Notes: generated by a model from the letters alone, not told the origin. 64,000 bases of DNA from Octopus vulgaris (GCA_951406725.2 OX597819.1:21328001-21392000); one strand, 5' to 3'; shown: positions 14,553 to 28,726, counted from the stretch's first letter. Numbers and translations: made by a program.

Positions 14553-15229
14553 GGAATATCACCATAGCAGAGAACTGACTCTCCAAGAGTCAGGCTCTCT
14601 AATATGTGTTTCAAAACATGTGTAGAAAAGTCATCATTTGTATTGAAAATGAAGGATGACAATTTGAAACAGAACGTAGCCTTAAGTCTCGATGAAGACG
14701 TAATATGTTTAAGGCTGAGAGGGAAATCCTAAAAGACTGGAAACAGAAGGGCAACAGACAGTGAAAATGGATGAAGTTGTGAGTAGAGAATATACGACCG
14801 GTTGCTGTAACAACCGGTTTTTAAAAAAGCGTGAGAGGAGAAAAAAAAGCTGACCATGGGTCATTTGTCAGTAGCGAGCAGAAGGAGAAACAGAGGGCAG
14901 AGGAGAAAGAATGTGAGAGAGGGGAGGGATAAAGAAAGAAGTGACGAAGGGAAAAAAGAGACAGAAGGTAGGCTAGAAATAGAATTCGCACAAAATATAA
15001 AACATAACTTCCTTTGAAGAAAACCATGGGAGCGTTGAGATCCGTTAATTAATAAGTTTTAAAATGTTTAGTAAAAGTAGAAACGAAAAACAAAGGCAGA
15101 CTGGCGAGTTAAAATTCATAGGGTAAAGAGAGTAAATGCGCATGTGCTATGGTTCTTAACCTGCCCTTTTGCCTCTGTTTTTCGTTTGTGCATTATACAT
15201 TTCTTAACTTGTTATTTAACGGTGCGCAA

Positions 15230-15496
15230 CGCATATATATATATATATATGCATATATATAAATATACATATATATATATATATATATATAATTTATATA
15301 CATATATATATATATATGTATGTATATTTATATATATGCATATATATATATATATATGCATAAATATATATATATATATAGTATATATATATTTATATAT
15401 ATATATATATATGTATGTATATTTATATATATTATGTATGCATATATATATATGTATGTATATATATATATGTATGTGTATATATATATTTGTATG

Positions 15497-15531
<35 letters not shown>

Positions 15532-15588
15532 GTATATATATATATATATATATGTATATATTATATATATATATGTATATATTATATA

Positions 15589-15644
<56 letters not shown>

Positions 15645-15724
15645 ACGCATATTTGCCATTTCAATATGACTACCCCTAAGGGTGGATGCTACTGTAGTTT
15701 TTAGCCATGTATGCATATATACCT

Positions 15725-15776
<52 letters not shown>

Positions 15777-15797
15777 GTATGTATATTTATATATATG

Positions 15798-15855
<58 letters not shown>

Positions 15856-15895
15856 CTAATATATATATATATGTATGTATGTGTGTGTGTGTATT
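15230..15895. repeat. Compound (TA)n/(TG)n microsatellite region
   Basis: Directly visible. Confidence 0.9.
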
Positions 15896-15988
15896 AAACA
15901 GACGTGTTTTGTAAGATCGAAGCAGTGCGAGAAGATACATAGCAAAATACAAAAGAAAAGGGGAAAAGGAAACAAAATAATGTTGTAA

Positions 15989-16245
15989 TTCGGCTGATAT
16001 ACCCTCCCGCCTTCATCAGGTGTCTTGGGGAAGTTTCGAACCTGAGTTCTCACTTTTAACATCGAAAAATACCTTAGGAATGAGAACCCAGCTTCGAAAT
16101 TTTCCAAAGACATCTGATGAAGGCTGGAGGGTATATCAGCCGAAACGTTGTGTCAACAACAAACAAGATGAGGACAAGTACCTATCAAATGTAAATAATG
16201 TAAATAATGTATCAAAATTGCTCATGTGTTAAATATAGAACTGAA
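15989..16245 (+). mobile_element. Penelope-like terminal element with an inverted partial duplication
   Basis: 15989-16052 is an imperfect reverse complement of 16081-16144; both arms carry the hammerhead core CTGATGA. Confidence 0.7.
16109..16154 (+). ncRNA. Minimal type-I hammerhead ribozyme
   Basis: GACAU-CUGAUGA-A-GGCUG(10-nt loop)CAGCC-GAAAC-GUU-GUGUC; stem I GACAU/GUGUC, stem III palindrome AACGUU. Confidence 0.75.
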
Positions 16246-16663
16246 TGGTGCAACTGTACAGAATACGAACCGATTAAGTCTCGGTAGTTTAGTGTTAAGT
16301 CTGGGTTTGTGTGTGGGGGGGTAGGATGATGTGGGTTGTCAACGTGGTAAAAGGGAAACCAAGAAGTGGAAGGGGAGGGGAAGAGGGCGTTAAGACGAAG
16401 AAGAAGCAGGAGGAGGAGAAACGGAAGTGAAATGAGGTGATGACGATGCCAATGTTGACGATGTTGAAGACGATGATGATGAAGAGAAAGCAGAGGAGAG
16501 GTGTTTTCGGGCCGAAAGCCATTTTCATTGCTAAGCTGTCCTGCAAAAGATGGTTTCTATATCAAGACTAGGTTTATCACTGAAACGTTGGGTTAAGGTA
16601 AACGTAGATCTTCGGTTTAAGAGTTAAAGTTCTGCTGGTGTGAATTATCCGGATAAGGCTTTC

Positions 16664-16725
16664 TGTAGTAGTAGTAGTAGTGGTGGTGGTGGTGGTGCTA
16701 GTAGTAGTAATAGTAGTAGTAGTAA

Positions 16726-16779
<54 letters not shown>

Positions 16780-16793
16780 CAGTAGTAGTAGTA

Positions 16794-16838
<45 letters not shown>

Positions 16839-16864
16839 ATGTTGTTGCTGGTGGTGGTGGTGGT
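16664..16864. repeat. (TAG)n/(TGG)n microsatellite
   Basis: Directly visible. Confidence 0.95.
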
Positions 16865-16899
16865 GCACCTGGCGGTAACGTATCCCTCCATTTTTTTTC

Positions 16900-17512
16900 T
16901 TTTTTACGGAAAACCACGTTTTCAGCTATGGAGATTCTGATTTCGAAAAAAAGAGAAGAGGCAAAAATCGCAATTTCAAAATTTCTGCACTCATATTTTT
17001 TTGTAACTTTCAAGTTTCATTTTGTAGCAAAAAAAAAAAAAAACACTTCCAATTGTAAAAAAAGGAAAAAAGAAATCAATGAACACTTCAATTTCACTTT
17101 GGCGTATTATTCCTCATTTTACTTCGGGAAATTTCTCTGAAAGAAATCTTTGCAGAAAGGTGAGTAGATTTCTTTCATTATTTTATCGCAGTTTTTTTTT
17201 CGCCCAACAAATTCCTGTGAGCTTTGTCTGTTATTTCTAGCATGTGGATACCCTGCTTGAAGGCCGAAAAATCGGGAGGGGATGGTACGGTGTTGCGGTA
17301 GTCTTTGAAATTTTACAAACATTTCTTTTTTTTTTTTTTTTTTTTGCGAATCATAATCCCCGTATTTTTCTACGTATTTCGCCAAAGAAATTTCTGAAAA
17401 AATGGAAAAATAAAGTAGTGGCGGGGAATTGAGATTTTGAAATTGCAATTTTTGCCAAATTTTTTTCAGAAATGGAATCTCCATAACCGTAAAACGTGGG
17501 TTTCCGTAATAA
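16900..17512. mobile_element. Foldback/MITE-like element with about 85-bp imperfect terminal inverted repeats
   Basis: ttacggaaaaccacgtttt..atggagattc..ggcaaaaatcgcaatttcaaaat versus attttgaaattgcaatttttgcc..gaatctccat..aaaacgtgggtttccgtaa. Confidence 0.7.
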
Positions 17513-17827
17513 AAGGGGGGAAATAAAACCACTAAAAGGTGATGAGATGTAGGGCTACATCTCCGCCATGAGCGCAGCACCAGTAGCAGCGGCGGCGGCG
17601 GCGATGGCGGTGGTGGTGGTGGTGACAACAGCATTAATAGCAGGTGGTGTGACAGCATCAGTGGTGGTAGTGGAGTTAGCCGAGTTCAATTGCTGGTGAA
17701 GGTTGTGAAACAAAGTCGAACAATTGGTAAATGTTGCTGTCAGTCGGTTTCAGGTTCTGTATTCGGAGAGGCAGCAAATATGGGGGGGTAAGGCAGCTTC
17801 CGTGGTAGCAGAATGGTCACTGTTGAT

Positions 17828-18012
17828 GGCGAGCTGGCAGAAACGTTAGCGCGCCGGGGGGAAATGCTTAGCAGTATTTCGCCTGTCTTTATGTTCTGAG
17901 TTCAAATACTGCCGAGGTCGACTTTGCCTTTCATTATTTTGGGGGTCGATATAATCGACTTAATCCGTTTGTCCACTCTATGTTTAGCCCCTTGTGGGTA
18001 GTAAAGAAATAA
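17828..18012 (+). mobile_element. SINE family A with an internal deletion
   Basis: ggcgagctggcagaaacgttagc..ttctgagttcaaat..gtagtaaagaaat; the segment between the two ggggtcgat repeats is missing. Confidence 0.85.
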
Positions 18013-19009
18013 GAACGGTCACTTTTGCATTGTTTATACTGTTGGTCAGTATTTTGAATATTGTTGTTGGTGTCGTTGGAGGCAGCGGGATGGCCGTATT
18101 GGTTGCTGAGGTTGCGATGCTCGAAATTGTAGTGAGAGCCATTAGAATGCTGGTGATTAATTTGAATGCATAGGAACTTGCGCATAAAGCATTCCTTATC
18201 TTGGGAAAAACAGTTAGGGTAGCAACGGTTGAACATGTCGAATAAGTGTGGAGGTGATGTACTGGAAGAGTTTGTTCCTTGTTCCTGTTTCTATTTGTGT
18301 ATGTGTATGTATTATTTTACTGTCTTTGATTACTAGATTTTGCTTGTCTGTGGCTCTACGGACAACAGACGTAGTCGATCAGACCGGTTACCGTATTTAT
18401 TTCGGCCTTGAAATTATTAATCTAATCGCTAATGCAAAGATGTTTTTGTTTTTCCTATAATAATGTGTCACGAAAAACATTGTGATACATATGTTGCACA
18501 AGTAACCACAAGTACGTTCGCACATACGTTCAAACATAAACACACACGTGTGCGTTAGTGTGCTAGCAATGTACTTAGTACACCAGCGTTGCCTGTTCGC
18601 AACAATTCGGAATAGTCCAATCTAAGACGAAAATCAGAAGACAATGCCAGCTCTTTATATATCAAGAACATCTATATACACTCTATACAACTTATTGGGT
18701 ATCAGATAACGTTTATTTTACATAAAATATTTTACATAAAATATATTCTTATATATTTTACAAATCTTACGTAACGATACACACACCCATACACGCAAGC
18801 AAGTACGTACATATGGGGGTGGGGTATTCTTCAATACAGATTTTGTTACTGCCGGGTTTCATTCTAAATCTATCAGTAAATTGAAGCTTACGCATAAGCC
18901 ATTAGGTCAATGCTTCACGCGGTGGGATTATACTACAAGCTCCGTGGCTATAAAACGAATTTCGTTTACAGCGAAACAGCTCCACCTGTGACATGTACCA
19001 TATCAAAAT

Positions 19010-19215
19010 TTCAAATTTTGGCACAAGATCTGCAATTTCGGAGATGGGGATGAGTCGATTATATTGACCCCAGTGTTCAACTGGTACTTATCGACTTCGT
19101 AAAGATGAAAGGCAAAGTTCACCTCGGTGGAATCTGAACTCAAAATATAAAGACCAACCCAAAGCAACTAAGCATTTTGCCAAGCGTTTGCGCTAACACC
19201 TCTGTCAGCTCGCTG
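19010..19215 (-). mobile_element. SINE family A, diverged
   Basis: gaccccagtgttcaactggtactta..gatgaaaggcaaag..gtcagctcgc. Confidence 0.7.
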
Positions 19216-19929
19216 CTTCTGACACGTAGCATATTAACACTTACAACTATCCAAATGTGTTATTTATGAATCCGTAGATTGTCCCAGACTGTAATCGAAC
19301 CAGGAAACATTTGTGTAAACTCAGGTTTCTAATCTTTTTATTTATTCAGCCATCTCAAACTATTGAATCTTGTCTTTCAGCTGCATTGAGATATATATCA
19401 TTCAGTTATTAATAAGCGTTATGTGTACACCATTTATGAAAGGGTCTAGTGAAGTTAAGCCGTTATTTGTAGTCATTGGAACATAGTGATATAGTTATAT
19501 GTACGATTAATACGATTTTGTATCAGAACATAGAAGAACGATGCTATTTCACTGAAGATACAACGATACGATATATTATTCAAACATAAACGGAAATTGG
19601 CATATGTTGACCTATATTTCGCTCTTATGAACGTCCTTAGTAAATGCATGCACCTTTTGTGAATGTAGTAAAACGGGGTTCCGGAAATAGAAATCGATTT
19701 CATTGATTTCAATTTCATATCAAACAATATCTTCAGAGTCGTCTTCCCTTGTGTTGCTAGACAGCTGGCTGCGGCATATAAAAGAGAATACATCCGCTAT
19801 AAGGGCGAGGATGAGAGAAAATAGATTTCTAAATAAATTATTTTGAGCATTATTAACTGATATTCCTTTAAATAATATAGACATTTCATAAGTGTGTGTG
19901 TATATATATATGGTTGCGTCTGTAGATAT

Positions 19930-19994
<65 letters not shown>

Positions 19995-22491
19995 AATGCA
20001 CATATGCACATATGTCTAGCAATCTGCTTTATATATATATATATTCCAGAACCGGACTCGTATACACACATACATAGGTATATATGTATGTAGTAGTAGT
20101 AGTAGTAGTAGTAGTAGAGTTCGCAATTATTACAGGAGCAGAGTAATAAAAAGCTCAATACCACCAACTGAATCATACTTAATTAAAGATAAACAGAACT
20201 GCAGATCGTAGCACTTCGTCACCCAAACATACATATTGTCATCTCCGTTCATAGAAAATCGTCAGCGAAAAAACTCTCAGCCGGTTTTACAAACGCAGCC
20301 CGACTTTTTCTTGATTTTCTCTTCATCTTGGGTAACGGATAATGGTTCGCTGGGTGATATTGGCCAAGAGCTTTTACGTTCAAACTTTTTGCTACCTCTG
20401 TTAACATTAACATATTTATACATATATTGATATTGACACTATGCAAGATCTAATCGTTAATCTATCGATATAAAATAACAGTCCACGGAGAGACAGAATT
20501 TTAAAATCCCTTCCACAGTGTGATTGAAGAGTAAGTATACCTAAAGTATAATTCCACCATTACACATGCAGAGAAATGTAACACCATCACATTATCAAGC
20601 GATATATAATACTTGAAAGATCAAAATATTGAAAGCTATAATATCACGTAGTCTTCCTGGAAATTCGGCAGTTGAATTACAAAAAATTCAGCAGTGGATA
20701 CGTCTTTAAATGACCGCGGTTTCTGCAATTTTTAATAATATTTCACCATTACAATAAACATAGATTTAGTTGCGTTCTAAATACTCATATGAAAAAAACG
20801 ATACATAGATGCAAACATGGGAAAATCCAAAATTTGAAGTGAAAGTTTTACATCAAAATAAGGAAGAGTTTGTCTACAAAAATCTTAGTAGAATAGTTGT
20901 ATGATCATAATGAGTGATAAGTATAACATTGCTAGTTCTTATTTATTTTGCTTGGGGGAGGAAGAGAGAAGGTAAGAGAGAAAACATGGTGTTGTTAGTT
21001 AGGATATAGGCAAATGCACGAGAAGGAAATGAAATGAAGGATAGAGTGATATATGGAGTGGGAGGCCAAATTCAGAGAGATGTGCCACGAGTGAATGTGA
21101 AGCTTGTGAAGGATTGAAGAGATAAAAATCGATGAGGGAGTTAGTAAGATTCGATTCTTCAGGCAAACAGTGGCCCAAGTTCAAACTGTGGATAGGAGAA
21201 TGTAAGCAAATAATTCATTTGTTACGGCCAAATATGATGACCAGCAACAATTATTAACTAATCATAATTGCTCCCATGACTTGCGAATGTCTTACTAATG
21301 ACCCAATGAAACTTACCCACCTCTATTTAAATTAACAAGAAGAAAACCTAGAATTCTTTTTAACATCATCATGGAATGCAGCCGTCTACACTGAATCACT
21401 ATGAATTTACCCTCTCTGGGTTTTGGCTCGTTTCCCGTTCTATTTTTAAATATACATTTATATCTCTGCTTGCTTTTCTATATACTATATAATATGTCAT
21501 AGATTGATTTGTTGACCCGCGATTGCATTTTAATATTTTGTTCTATCAAACCTACACCAGCTCCGCCAGTGTATTACCTGTAGCCAATTCTTATTCACTT
21601 CTATCCTTCTTTCCTGCTCTGAATGTCGGTGTTAAGGCACATCCAAATATAGATTTGTGGAGTTATATGCAAAGAAAAGTATGTAGAGTATACACAACTA
21701 TGCAGGATAAACAGTTGTGTATAGTAGTAGGATATTCGTAAAAAAATATATGTATAAATTACAACTTAGAGGTAACTTTGGACAGCAGGTAAAACCCTTC
21801 AGGTGTTAAAGCTATATGTACACATCGAGAATAAACATTAGTATGAAAGCTCATTCCATATTATTGGGTTTCAGTGTAATTTCGGCGATATCGTACAATA
21901 AAAACAGAATGAGATATAATCAATTCAATGACAAGCTGACTAAGAGAGAATTCATTTTCACTAATTGCTTCTGTTGCTCTCTGCATAAACCAGGTTGTTA
22001 CTAGTTAGCAGTGTGATTAAAAAACTCGCTTTGCAACCGCATTATTTCGTGTTTAGTTCCACAGAACATAAAACAGGTAGAATATTTTCGCCAGGTTTGA
22101 ATAGTAAAGTGTTCATCAGTTGATGAGTTTTGAGGTACAAATGGCTGCAATTTTCCGTGGATCAAGAAAGCGTCAGGTAGATTTGGAATTAATTTCGTTC
22201 CATAGTGATGTATGATTTTAATATCACTGAATTCATAAGATATACAATATGGATGTGTCTATATGCTGGCTGTTAAATCTTACCGTGACTGGGTATATAT
22301 ACACACATACACCCCTCCCACATATATATATATAATTAAGGATTTACCACATACCGAAGATTTAGAAATAGCAGTCAAAAACAGCTAATACTTTCAACTA
22401 CAAATATAGGTCCACAGATAGCAATACTCGTAACTCACGTAGGCAAAACGAAGAAAAAGTAACGAAATCAGTCTACGATTAATCCTGTACA

Positions 22492-22557
<66 letters not shown>

Positions 22558-22740
22558 ACTTAGAATAACTTAGAAAGGTTTTGACCAGTATTGGCCCAGG
22601 ATGTCTAACTTAATAGCACCACCTATATATATATATATATATATATATAATAATAAATATTAGGGAATAAATCCAAATTTACAGGGAAAAAATATCAGAT
22701 TTAGGATTAAATCCAATTTTATAGTAAAATATTATATAAT

Positions 22741-22897
22741 ATTATTAGAGACAAAACCACTATTTTGAAGTCCACCTGAAGATTGTCGATCAGGACAAGA
22801 AACAATTGTAGTGGCGGTTTTTTTTACTTTTTATTAAAATTTTATGTATTGATTAAGTCTTTCCTTGTTTGTTTTGCAAAATAGTGGTTTTGTCTCT

Positions 22898-22903
<6 letters not shown>
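22741..22903 (+). mobile_element. Mini-element: 27-bp perfect inverted repeats enclosing a hammerhead
   Basis: attattagagacaaaaccactattttg (22741-22767) and caaaatagtggttttgtctctaataat (22877-22903); followed by (TA)n. Confidence 0.75.
22772..22814 (+). ncRNA. Minimal type-I hammerhead ribozyme (intact)
   Basis: CCAC-CUGAAGA-UUGUC(GAUCAG)GACAA-GAAAC-AAUU-GUA-GUGG; all core positions and three stems are consistent; stem III palindrome ACAAUUGU. Confidence 0.85.
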
Positions 22904-22953
<50 letters not shown>

Positions 22954-24045
22954 GTATATGTAAAAAACACAAACTGGGACAAGAACGCAAAACATTTAGA
23001 AGACGATACAAAAAACACGGACGGGACATTCGAAGCCTTCAATCTTCAGTCAAGAATCGGATCATCCTCACACATATACATATAAAAGATAATAGTGTCA
23101 ATGAGATCCAAAGGTGTCAAGTAATGCTGAATAAGTGCTATAGACGGACCATAGTTAGGTTCCAGATTCGGTAATATTGCGAATAAAGGGTTCAACGGTG
23201 GCTCTATGTCAGCGTGAGTAAATAAGAATTTCTGGCGTAATGAGATAAAAAAAAAAACAAAACTGAAATGCGAAAAGTTTGTTTGTTTGTTTGCTTTTTT
23301 GTCTGGTTTTGGCATTGAGAACGGGTTAAAGGCCACTAGATCCCGTCGGATTGACGCAAAAATTTACAGGGGCATGTAAAATGCGGTGAGGATGCGAGTG
23401 GGCTAGGTTAGAAATTCCCATCTTAAAATGTTTCGTTGCTAGGACCAAAAACGCACTTTGACAAGTCTTCTCTCATTCTTTTATGTACCTGTCTTCCTCC
23501 ATCACTCACTCTCTTTCCTCCCTTCGCATCAATTTCTATCTATAACGTCGTTTCACAGCGTCTTCCTCCCTTCCTTTCACATTCTCTCTATAACGTTGTA
23601 GAGAGAAAGTGAAAGGAAGGGAGAAAGTAATAATGAGTGAATGAGAATGACGACGAAGGGTTTAAAAAGCGTAAAAATATTTTCTTTCTCAACTTAGGAT
23701 CTTTTGTTGTATATAAATGGGAGAGAAATAGATAGAGAAAGATAGAGAGTAAGAGAAAGAGAGGGAAAGTCTAATGTCACTCTCTCTCTCTCTCTCTCTT
23801 TACGTCTGTCTGCATTCATAGAGAGAATTATCATCGCCACCACCACAACCACACAATCATGAGAACAAATATTATAAATCAGATATTTATTGGGTCAATT
23901 TATATGTGTGTGTGTGCGTGTGTGTGTTCTATATATAAATATGTATATATAATGTATATATATACAAAGTGTATATAAACAAACAAACAAACAAACTTTA
24001 TATATATATATATATAATTTCTATACATTTGTATATATAATGCGT

Positions 24046-24116
<71 letters not shown>

Positions 24117-24921
24117 GTGTGAATTATGTGGTCGGTTGAGCTGAAAATATGCACACCTGTATTAAAAGTGCTGGCGAGTTTGCATGACAACTATTTTCTC
24201 CTCAAATGAAAGGCGTGACCTCTAGGACAAAATTCCTCATCTTATAAAATGTGGCCCCAGTAGACCCGAATGAAATCGGGTTATATTAACCAAAATGTGA
24301 AAAGGGGTCTAAATGAGGCTGGAAGGGGATTAAAATTTACAGGAGCGGGTGTTTAGGAATTCTCTGTTACATCAAGCTAAAAAATTTGCGCCAGCCTTTT
24401 AATCGTCAATGTGTTGCCGTCCATGATGAAGAAGTTTTGAATGCTTGCCATGGTGAGTCTACTGTTGTGAGAAAGAATCACTTCAAAACTTGGTGTTTCG
24501 GAATTTTCTTTTACATCAAGTTCAAAATTTTACGCCAGCCGTTAAACTGTCAATACGTTGCTGTCCGTCGTTATGAAATGCCAGCCATTGTGACTCTACT
24601 ATCCTCAGATTCTATCTCTTCAAACTTTGGTTTCAATATTTTATCATTTTTATTCAGCTCGCAGGTTCGTCTGTCCCTTTTAAATGTTAGCGTTTTGCTG
24701 TCTGCCTTGAAGCAGACCTTTCCGTTCTCACTGCCTGATATTTATGATTGATCTTTCAAAATATTTTATTTCTAAACTTACTCAAGATCTTTTGTTGTTT
24801 ATAAATGGGAGTGAGAGAGATAAAGATAGAGAGTAAGAGAAAGCGAGGGAGTGTCCGAGAGAAAAGAAATGTAAGAGAGTGGGAAAGTGAGAGAGAAAGG
24901 AGAGAGAAACAAAGAGGGAGA

Positions 24922-25232
24922 ATCATCATCATCATCATCGTTTAATGTACGTTTTCCGTGCTAGCACGGGTTGGACAGTTTGACCAGGGTCTGGGAAGCC
25001 AGGAGGCTGCACCAGGCTCCAGTCTGATCTGGCAGTGTTTCTACAGCTGGATGCCCTTCCTAACGCCAACCACATTGTGAGTGTAGTGGGTGCTTTTTTT
25101 GTGCCGCCGGCTCAGGTGCCAGGGGGGCTGGCAGCGGCCACGATCGGTTGGTGCTTTTTACGTGCCACCGGCACAAAAGCCAGTCAAGGCGGCGGTGCCA
25201 TCAGCCACGTTCGGATGGTGCTTTTTACGTGC
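24922..25232 (-). mobile_element. Retroposon 3' portion with an RTE-like tail ending in (GAT)n
   Basis: Reverse strand ends ..gtccaacccgtgctagcacggaaaacgtacattaaacgatgatgatg; body contains ggttggcgttaggaagggcatccagc. Confidence 0.6.
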
Positions 25233-25299
25233 TGAAAGGAAGCAACAGAAAATAACAACTACACTCTTACCCGCGCGTAGAGCGGGTCACCTTAAGCTA

Positions 25300-25348
<49 letters not shown>

Positions 25349-25384
25349 AGCATATATGTACATATATATATATAGGTACATATA

Positions 25385-25501
<117 letters not shown>

Positions 25502-25769
25502 CTACATATACATGCACGAAACACGTACATGGAATATGAACTATTTTTTCTAACAACGAAGGAGACAAATGGAAAACAAAGAACGACCCATCATCAGTTG
25601 TTGGCTGTTTTTCTTGACCCAGCTACAACGGAGAGAAAAAAAGAAACCTATATTTGCATATAAACTTAAGTATATACGCATATATATATCATTATATATA
25701 TATATATTATTTATATCATATATATATATATATATATAGTACGTTTAAATATTTGTTTCTAATATTTAC

Positions 25770-25800
25770 CTAAACTGGCAATATGACCATTCCGAAATAT

Positions 25801-25808
<8 letters not shown>
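25770..25808. mobile_element. Solo terminal repeat of the 38991-39291 element family
   Basis: ctaaactggcaatatgaccattccgaaatataacaata matches 39254-39291. Confidence 0.7.
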
Positions 25809-25831
<23 letters not shown>

Positions 25832-26051
25832 CATTGTATATAGATTTACAGGTACGAGCCGTTCCATTAATTAATAAGTTAAGAAAACATAATAAATGCA
25901 CAAACAAACGGAATGCAGACACAGAAAGTCATCAAATCCTCACGAATCATCGATCAGAAGGTGAAATGCAATTTTGCAACTTACGATAATATTGACTCCT
26001 TTCTACTGGTGCCAACAACAAAAAGCTACTTGCAAATATATATACATCAAA

Positions 26052-26106
<55 letters not shown>

Positions 26107-26107
<1 letters not shown>

Positions 26108-27524
26108 GAGCCACTACTGCGTAAGCTGGCGACGCTGAGGGTCACCCCGCATGAATTGGGATGCGGGACGAGCGTGTCTGCAAACGCGGACAACGTCACC
26201 ATCATAGTGTGTAGCCAGATGCATATCGAGCTGGTCGACGAGACACTGAAAGACAAAGAAGCGGTAAAAGGAGCGAAAATCAACCGTGAAAAGTCGGTGG
26301 GCTTGCGGCTCCGCACTTGGAGAAGCAAGCCTATGCCATCCACCAGCACCTCCATCGTGGAACGCTGGACCGACAGTTCGATCGACATCCAAACGTAGAA
26401 GAGCAGGAAGGAACAAGATAACGAGTAGGATGGTCACTCTCGCCCGGCAATAGGCTTAGAGGAAACTGTTCCTAAAAGGTGGGCCGGAGGTAGCGAACAC
26501 GTACATCGCGTCCGTCATCTACTACCGCCTGATCGCCGTACCTTGTCCAAACCAAACCATCACCAAACTAGAACGCATTCTCTCCCGCTTCTTGTGGAAA
26601 GGATGCGTTCCGATGGTCAAGCGATCCATCTGCAGCCAACACCTATTAAAAGGAGAGCTGGTCATGCCGGGGTTGATGATGCGCAGACGCGCTGAGACTG
26701 CGACATCTCCGGCGCAACGTAGACGATGGTGAACAGGTGTGGTTACCGTTTGTGAGGCACGCTTTCTCGCAGCTCGTCTCCATGAACGAACTGCAGTCGT
26801 GGATCAAAAAGAGGCCGAGGAGGGGCGAATGGCACCGAGAGTGTTGCATTGCTCTGAAGGAACTATGCCGTCCTGGGTCGACCTTGAGCGACTTCAACAC
26901 AACTAAAGTATTCTATAGGGGATTATTGGAGGGGAGGTACGACGACGATCTCGGGGCGAACCTGGGCGTCGACGAGGAATACCTGACATGCCTTTTCAAG
27001 ACGACTTTAGGGCCGAGATCTATCGACAACTTCCAGAGATCCCTGGCCTGGCAGTGCTATCGAGAAGCGCTACTCGTTCGGGATAAGCTCTACAGGCATG
27101 GATCCAGAAACACGGGGCCGACGTTTCCGTGAAGCTTTCAGACTGACGAAAGCGTCCTGCACGCACGCGTACAGTGTCCCACCATTTCCGACCTATGTCG
27201 AACGACTGCTATCGCGTGTGGGACGAGTCAGTTTGTCAACCGAGTCTATCGTGAATATTGTCGCGCCTCCCTCCTTGAAACGTGAAGGAAGAGCCATTTT
27301 CGTCGTACTTGTGGCTATAGCGAAAGGATGTGTATGGTAGACGCGTCTGAGAGGTCTAGAGACAAACACTTTCCTCTCTGGTCAATCTCTCAATAACTTC
27401 TTAAAGTATCACTTGAAGAGGAATGTAAGAGTAGAGAGGGAAGTGAATGTTTCAAAAAAAAAAAAAACGATGGGTGAATGTAGGAAGCATGGCATGTGTG
27501 ATTGACGAAACCATCTTGAGCATA

Positions 27525-27527
<3 letters not shown>
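26107..27527 (+). pseudogene. Decayed Tx1/L1-clade non-LTR retrotransposon ORF2 (RT C-terminal half onward)
   Basis: EPLLRKL..SANADNVTIIV..GAKINREKS (YADD-like region); RKLFLKGGPEVANTYIASVIYY..LERILSRFLWKG; directly preceded by (TATC)n. Confidence 0.8.
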
Positions 27528-27569
<42 letters not shown>

Positions 27570-28362
27570 TTTCAGCAAAGAAATCTGAGAGAATAAATAT
27601 AAACCTTAAAGATAAGTCATGGAGTCGATTTGTTTGACGAAATTCTTCAAAGCTGTATTCCAGCATGACCGCAATTCAATGAGAGAAACTAAACATAAAA
27701 TATACACTTGGATTTGTCTACAGCCTTAACGATGTCGTCAATTTGTAAAGCATCCCACACTCTCTCTCTCCCTCACTCTCTTTCTGTCCCTCCCTCTTCA
27801 CAACAAGGAATTTCACCGCTAATGACTTCAGTCCCCATTTCAATTAAACACATCCGCAAACCTCATTTATCATGTGAGAAATGTTGTTAGTAATTTGCTT
27901 AAAATTATACATCAACTATATATTACATGACTGCGTTAACGTAAATATCATTATTAATGTAATAATTAATTAAATTTTAAATCACCACGTAATATCGAAT
28001 GCTACGTCTAATTCACTTGGAGTAAACCCACATCTTCATTGTAGCCTTTCACCACAATGCACAGTTCTCAAAATATCGTCACCACGCACGCTTCGAGAGA
28101 AGAAGACTTTAATGATATTTAATGATACATGTTAAGAAATTATAAATATGGAAGAAAGCAACAGATATTCAACAGTTTTTAATATAAACAGGAAGACTCT
28201 AAATATATATTGGACGCCAGACACTCAAAATATGCATCAGTTTTTTTCAGTGAGTCAATTTGAGAAGTAACATCGAACAACAGGGTAGCGAACATAATAA
28301 TGCGAGGGACTGAATGCATTGACGGCAAAACATTAGAAAGAGAAATGTATGTAAATATATGC

Positions 28363-28402
<40 letters not shown>

Positions 28403-28489
28403 TCGGAGTGAGGTATTGAAAATGAGCCTCTCTGAGAAACACAAATTTAGAAAGTACTTCATTCACATATAATGTATATAAATATGATA

Positions 28490-28637
<148 letters not shown>

Positions 28638-28726
28638 GGAGAGTTTACGAAAAAAACAAAAGACGAAGACAGGTGGTGTACAAAACAAACTGGTGTATTA
28701 GTATAACGCTCAGGAATAGAAAAAGT

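Noticed and set aside
16577-17140. Poly-Ser/Thr/Val/Leu ORFs
   Set aside because: (TAG)n microsatellite read in different frames
27141-27160. CTGACGA..AA inside the Tx1 fragment as a hammerhead
   Set aside because: No stem II or stem I; lies in decayed coding sequence
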